Part shown: piece after piece, positions 61,638 through 64,000 of the stretch
How positions within the stretch are numbered: position 1 is the stretch's first letter
Layout of the letters: each line of letters opens with the position of its first letter
Assembly (NCBI GenBank): GCA_049522015.1
Contig: JBEKOG010000010.1
Coordinates: 21,840-85,839, forward strand
Reading direction: 5' to 3'
DNA length: 64,000 nucleotides
Origin: Verrucomicrobiota bacterium
Lineage (GTDB): Bacteria > Verrucomicrobiota > Verrucomicrobiia > Limisphaerales > UBA11358
The notes under the pieces: generated by a model
What the model saw: the letters and a program-made list of their open reading frames with translations, nothing else
What the model was told of the DNA's origin: nothing
Databases searched by the model: none
Translations under genes and position numbers: made by a program

Positions 61638-62924
61638 GTGGCCCGTCCGAACAACATCACCATGTGCAGTTTCTGCGGCAAGTCGCACGCGGAAGTGCGC
61701 AAGCTCATCGCCGGACCGGACGTTTATATTTGCGACAATTGCGTCATCCTTTGCAAAAACGTCCTCGACCGCGAATTCGCGGCCACCGCCAAAAAGCAGC
61801 AGCCCAAGTTTACCGTTCCCAAACCCGCGGTCATCAAACGGCACCTTGACCTTTATTGCATCGGCCAGGAACACGCCAAAAAAACTTTGGCCGTCGCGGT
61901 ACACAACCATTACAAACGCATCCAACCGGAACCGGAGGTGGAAAACGAGACGGCCGGCAAGCCGCCGCGCCCGCACGCCGACGTTGAAATCGAGAAGAGC
62001 AACATTTTGATGGTCGGGCCGACCGGCTCCGGTAAAACGCTGCTGGCCCGGACGCTTGCCAAGATTCTTGACGTGCCGTTCGCCATCGCCGACGCGACGA
62101 CGCTCACGGAGGCCGGGTATGTGGGCGAGGACGTGGAGAATATTATTCTGCGTCTGCTCCAAAACGCCGACTACGACGTGAAGCGCGCCCAGCGCGGCAT
62201 TATTTACATTGACGAGATTGACAAGATCGCGCGCAAGGCGGAAGGCCCGTCTATCACCCGCGATGTTTCGGGCGAAGGCGTGCAGCAGGCGCTCCTGAAA
62301 ATCCTCGAAGGCACGGTCTGCAACGTCCCGCCCCAGGGCGGCCGCAAACATCCGCAGCAGGAATACATCCGCGTGGACACAACGGACATTTTGTTCATTT
62401 GCGGCGGCGCATTCATCGGGCTGGAGAAGGTCATTCACCGGCGGCTGGGCCGGCACGTGATTGGTTTTGGCGCAATTGGGGAGGCGCACAAAAACGCCGG
62501 CACGGCGCGCAATGAAATTCTGCAACACGCCGAACCGGAGGATTTGCTCAATTTCGGCTTCATTCCTGAATTTGTCGGCCGGTTGCCGGTGATGACGACG
62601 CTGGCCGAATTGACCGAAGAGGAGCTGGTGGCAATTCTCACTGAGCCGAAAAACGCGCTGACCAAGCAATATGCCAAACTCATGGCCATGGAAGGCGCGG
62701 AACTGGAATTTACCCCGGACGCACTGCATGAACTGGCGGCGCAGGCGCTGAAAAAGGGCACCGGCGCGCGGGCCTTGCGCGGCTTGATTGAAAAGTTGAT
62801 GCTCGATTTGATGTATGAAGCGCCGGACAACGGCAGCATCATTCACGTCAAAATCACCCGGCCGGTGGTGCTGGGCGAAAGCAAACCCATTGTGCGGCGG
62901 AAGCAGGACCAGGCGGCGGCGTAA
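61638..62924 (+). CDS. clpX: ATP-dependent Clp protease ATP-binding subunit ClpX
   Basis: Zinc-binding CSFCGK...ICDNC, Walker [29 protein letters not shown]; start is GTG 61638 or ATG 61662. Confidence 0.96.
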   Translation: MARPNNITMCSFCGKSHAEVRKLIAGPDVYICDNCVILCKNVLDREFAATAKKQQPKFTVPKPAVIKRHLDLYCIGQEHAKKTLAVAVHNHYKRIQPEPEVENETAGKPPRPHADVEIEKSNILMVGPTGSGKTLLARTLAKILDVPFAIADATTLTEAGYVGEDVENIILRLLQNADYDVKRAQRGIIYIDEIDKIARKAEGPSITRDVSGEGVQQALLKILEGTVCNVPPQGGRKHPQQEYIRVDTTDILFICGGAFIGLEKVIHRRLGRHVIGFGAIGEAHKNAGTARNEILQHAEPEDLLNFGFIPEFVGRLPVMTTLAELTEEELVAILTEPKNALTKQYAKLMAMEGAELEFTPDALHELAAQALKKGTGARALRGLIEKLMLDLMYEAPDNGSIIHVKITRPVVLGESKPIVRRKQDQAAA

Positions 62925-62931
62925 AAAGCAG

Positions 62932-62950
62932 GACAGGCGTCCCGCCTGTC
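62932..62950. repeat. GACAGGCG-TCC-CGCCTGTC hairpin 8 nt after the clpX stop
   Basis: Perfect 8-bp stem with 3-nt loop; same GACAGGC/GCCTGTC core as the rsmA-internal elements; no T-run, so not a canonical intrinsic terminator. Confidence 0.5.
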
Positions 62951-62999
62951 AAATCCGTGCGGCAAAAATCCGACTTGTGCGGCCAACCAGCCGGGATCA

Positions 63000-63069
63000 G
63001 CGCCGCAGGCGCGGCATACTTGTAGCTTTTCGTTTCCTGGAAATCACAAGCTCCGTCAGGAGCGACATC
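63000..63069 (+). repeat. Solo copy of the IS200/RAYT-like left end
   Basis: GCGCCGCAGGCGCGGCATACTTGTAG (63000-63025) and AAGCTCCGTCAGGAGCGACAT (63049-63069) match the two boxes of 59401-59470 with the same spacing; no transposase gene adjacent. Confidence 0.6.
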
Positions 63070-63165
63070 GTCTGATGGGACGGGTAGAATATGCCGCTCC
63101 TGTTTACCACGCCGAAGTTGAACAAAGGCGGGACGGAGCTTGAAAATGTTTTGGGGCTGGATTTC

Positions 63166-63600
63166 TTATCGTTGAAACAAACCTTTGACCTTTGTGAAAA
63201 ACGAAGGCGAACGCAAATGGTTGATGTATTTTGCCCAAGAATCTTCCGTTCCAAATTTTCTTTCAATTCGCGCTTCTTCGCCCCGCATCAATTCCAAAAT
63301 CTGATCGTCCTCGTTTTTGTCCAACCAGAAACCATGTTCCGGGCAGCAATCGAGTTGCAAATCGAAGAACCGATAATCGAACCGTTTGAGCGGTGCAGAG
63401 CAAACCGGACATTTAAGCTCTGTATCGTAGCTGACGAGATAAAGTGAACCTTTGTTCGCCTCATTATTAAAAGCTTCATTTTCCAGCTCATCCAATTCGG
63501 CAGGCGTGAGCCACATTCCCTGACAATTCGGACAAGCCTCAACTTCCACACCACGATCATTTTGGGTTTGAAGATTAACATTACACTTTGGACATTTCAT
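63166..63600 (-). CDS. Double zinc-ribbon (zf-TFIIB-like) protein
   Basis: 144 aa; two CPxC...CPxC(Q/E)G.WL units (MKCPKCNV...ACPNCQGMWLTPAELDELE and LKCPVCSA...CCPEHGFWLDKNED); lies in a low-GC patch. Confidence 0.6.
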   Translation of the reverse strand: MKCPKCNVNLQTQNDRGVEVEACPNCQGMWLTPAELDELENEAFNNEANKGSLYLVSYDTELKCPVCSAPLKRFDYRFFDLQLDCCPEHGFWLDKNEDDQILELMRGEEARIERKFGTEDSWAKYINHLRSPSFFTKVKGLFQR

Positions 63601-63841
63601 TCCGGCGAGAATACTTGAACCGTTTGCACAATTGCAACGCTGTGTTCACACCCCAATATCCTCATTCCCAAGTTCCGGCCTGGCTTTGATGAAAGCGTGC
63701 ATGAGATGGATACAGGCCAGGTCTTGCAACACTTTGTCATGTCGTAGGAGTCGAGGTGACGAGACTCATTTCTGTTTTTTAAAATTGATTAGAGACTCCT
63801 TATGTCGTCTCCTACAATAAATCCACTTTTACGTCCGCCAG

Positions 63842-64000
63842 TCAAGCCGCCGAAAGAAAATAGACGCGACCGGGCTGAAACCGGGACAAACGGCGCAGCA
63901 ATTCCGGTGCGCAGGTTTTCACGTCGGCAAGACGATTCGATCTGGCACGCAGAACAACCACGGCGAAGGGAAGATTATCGAGTTTTTGTTCGCGCGGCAG
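63842..64000 (-). CDS. 3' end of an unidentified ORF running off the window
   Basis: Open frame reading ...LPREQKLDNLPFAVVVLRARSNRLADVKTCAPELLRRLSRFQPGRVYFLSAA-stop (TGA at 63842-63844); no family recognised. Confidence 0.25.
   Translation of the reverse strand: MPREQKLDNLPFAVVVLRARSNRLADVKTCAPELLRRLSRFQPGRVYFLSAA

Noticed and set aside
61500-62846. 448-aa ORF antisense to clpX. The same applies to 56870-57928, 39526-40683, 34937-35980, 49497-50615, 26084-27025, 4648-5604 and 5856-6863, each opposite a recognised gene
   Set aside because: Each is opposite a strongly identified housekeeping gene and has no motifs. These are expected long antisense ORFs in GC-rich sequence.

Overview
High-GC bacterial chromosomal segment. 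I infer a Verrucomicrobiota/PVC-type genome from a DUF1559/pseudopilin-like motif, a BlaR1 with beta-sandwich repeats, and several families of short hairpin repeats. I recognise about 50 protein genes and one tRNA-Leu(CAA). I see no rRNA and no CRISPR array. Most genes are housekeeping: lptD, hisF, holB, aroQ, accBC, trxA, opgGH, purH, thiD, queE, rsmA, clpPX and polX. There are also two sensor kinases, an ECF sigma/anti-sigma pair, a BlaI/BlaR1 pair, a HlyD-ABC-TolC exporter and a Wza/Wzc polysaccharide-export operon. The most interesting locus is a 4.8-kb defence islet at 15263-20047. It holds a GmrSD-like DUF262-DUF1524 protein with a duplicated C-terminal module, followed by a complete DarT/DarG pair. 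Both are embedded between three short stubs of type I R-M genes (hsdM-hsdS, hsdR-hsdS and hsdR). A 45-bp and a 17-bp direct repeat bracket the two cargo cassettes. Other notable items: a 2311-aa envelope protein made of two paralogous halves with an embedded pseudopilin-like module; palindromic repeat elements inserted in frame in rsmA and probably queE; an IS200/RAYT-like Y1 transposase with about 70-bp composite inverted ends plus a solo end copy; a ParE/Phd toxin-antitoxin pair; and structured repeats in many intergenic spacers. All calls rest on reading motifs in the supplied translations and DNA. No database search was run.
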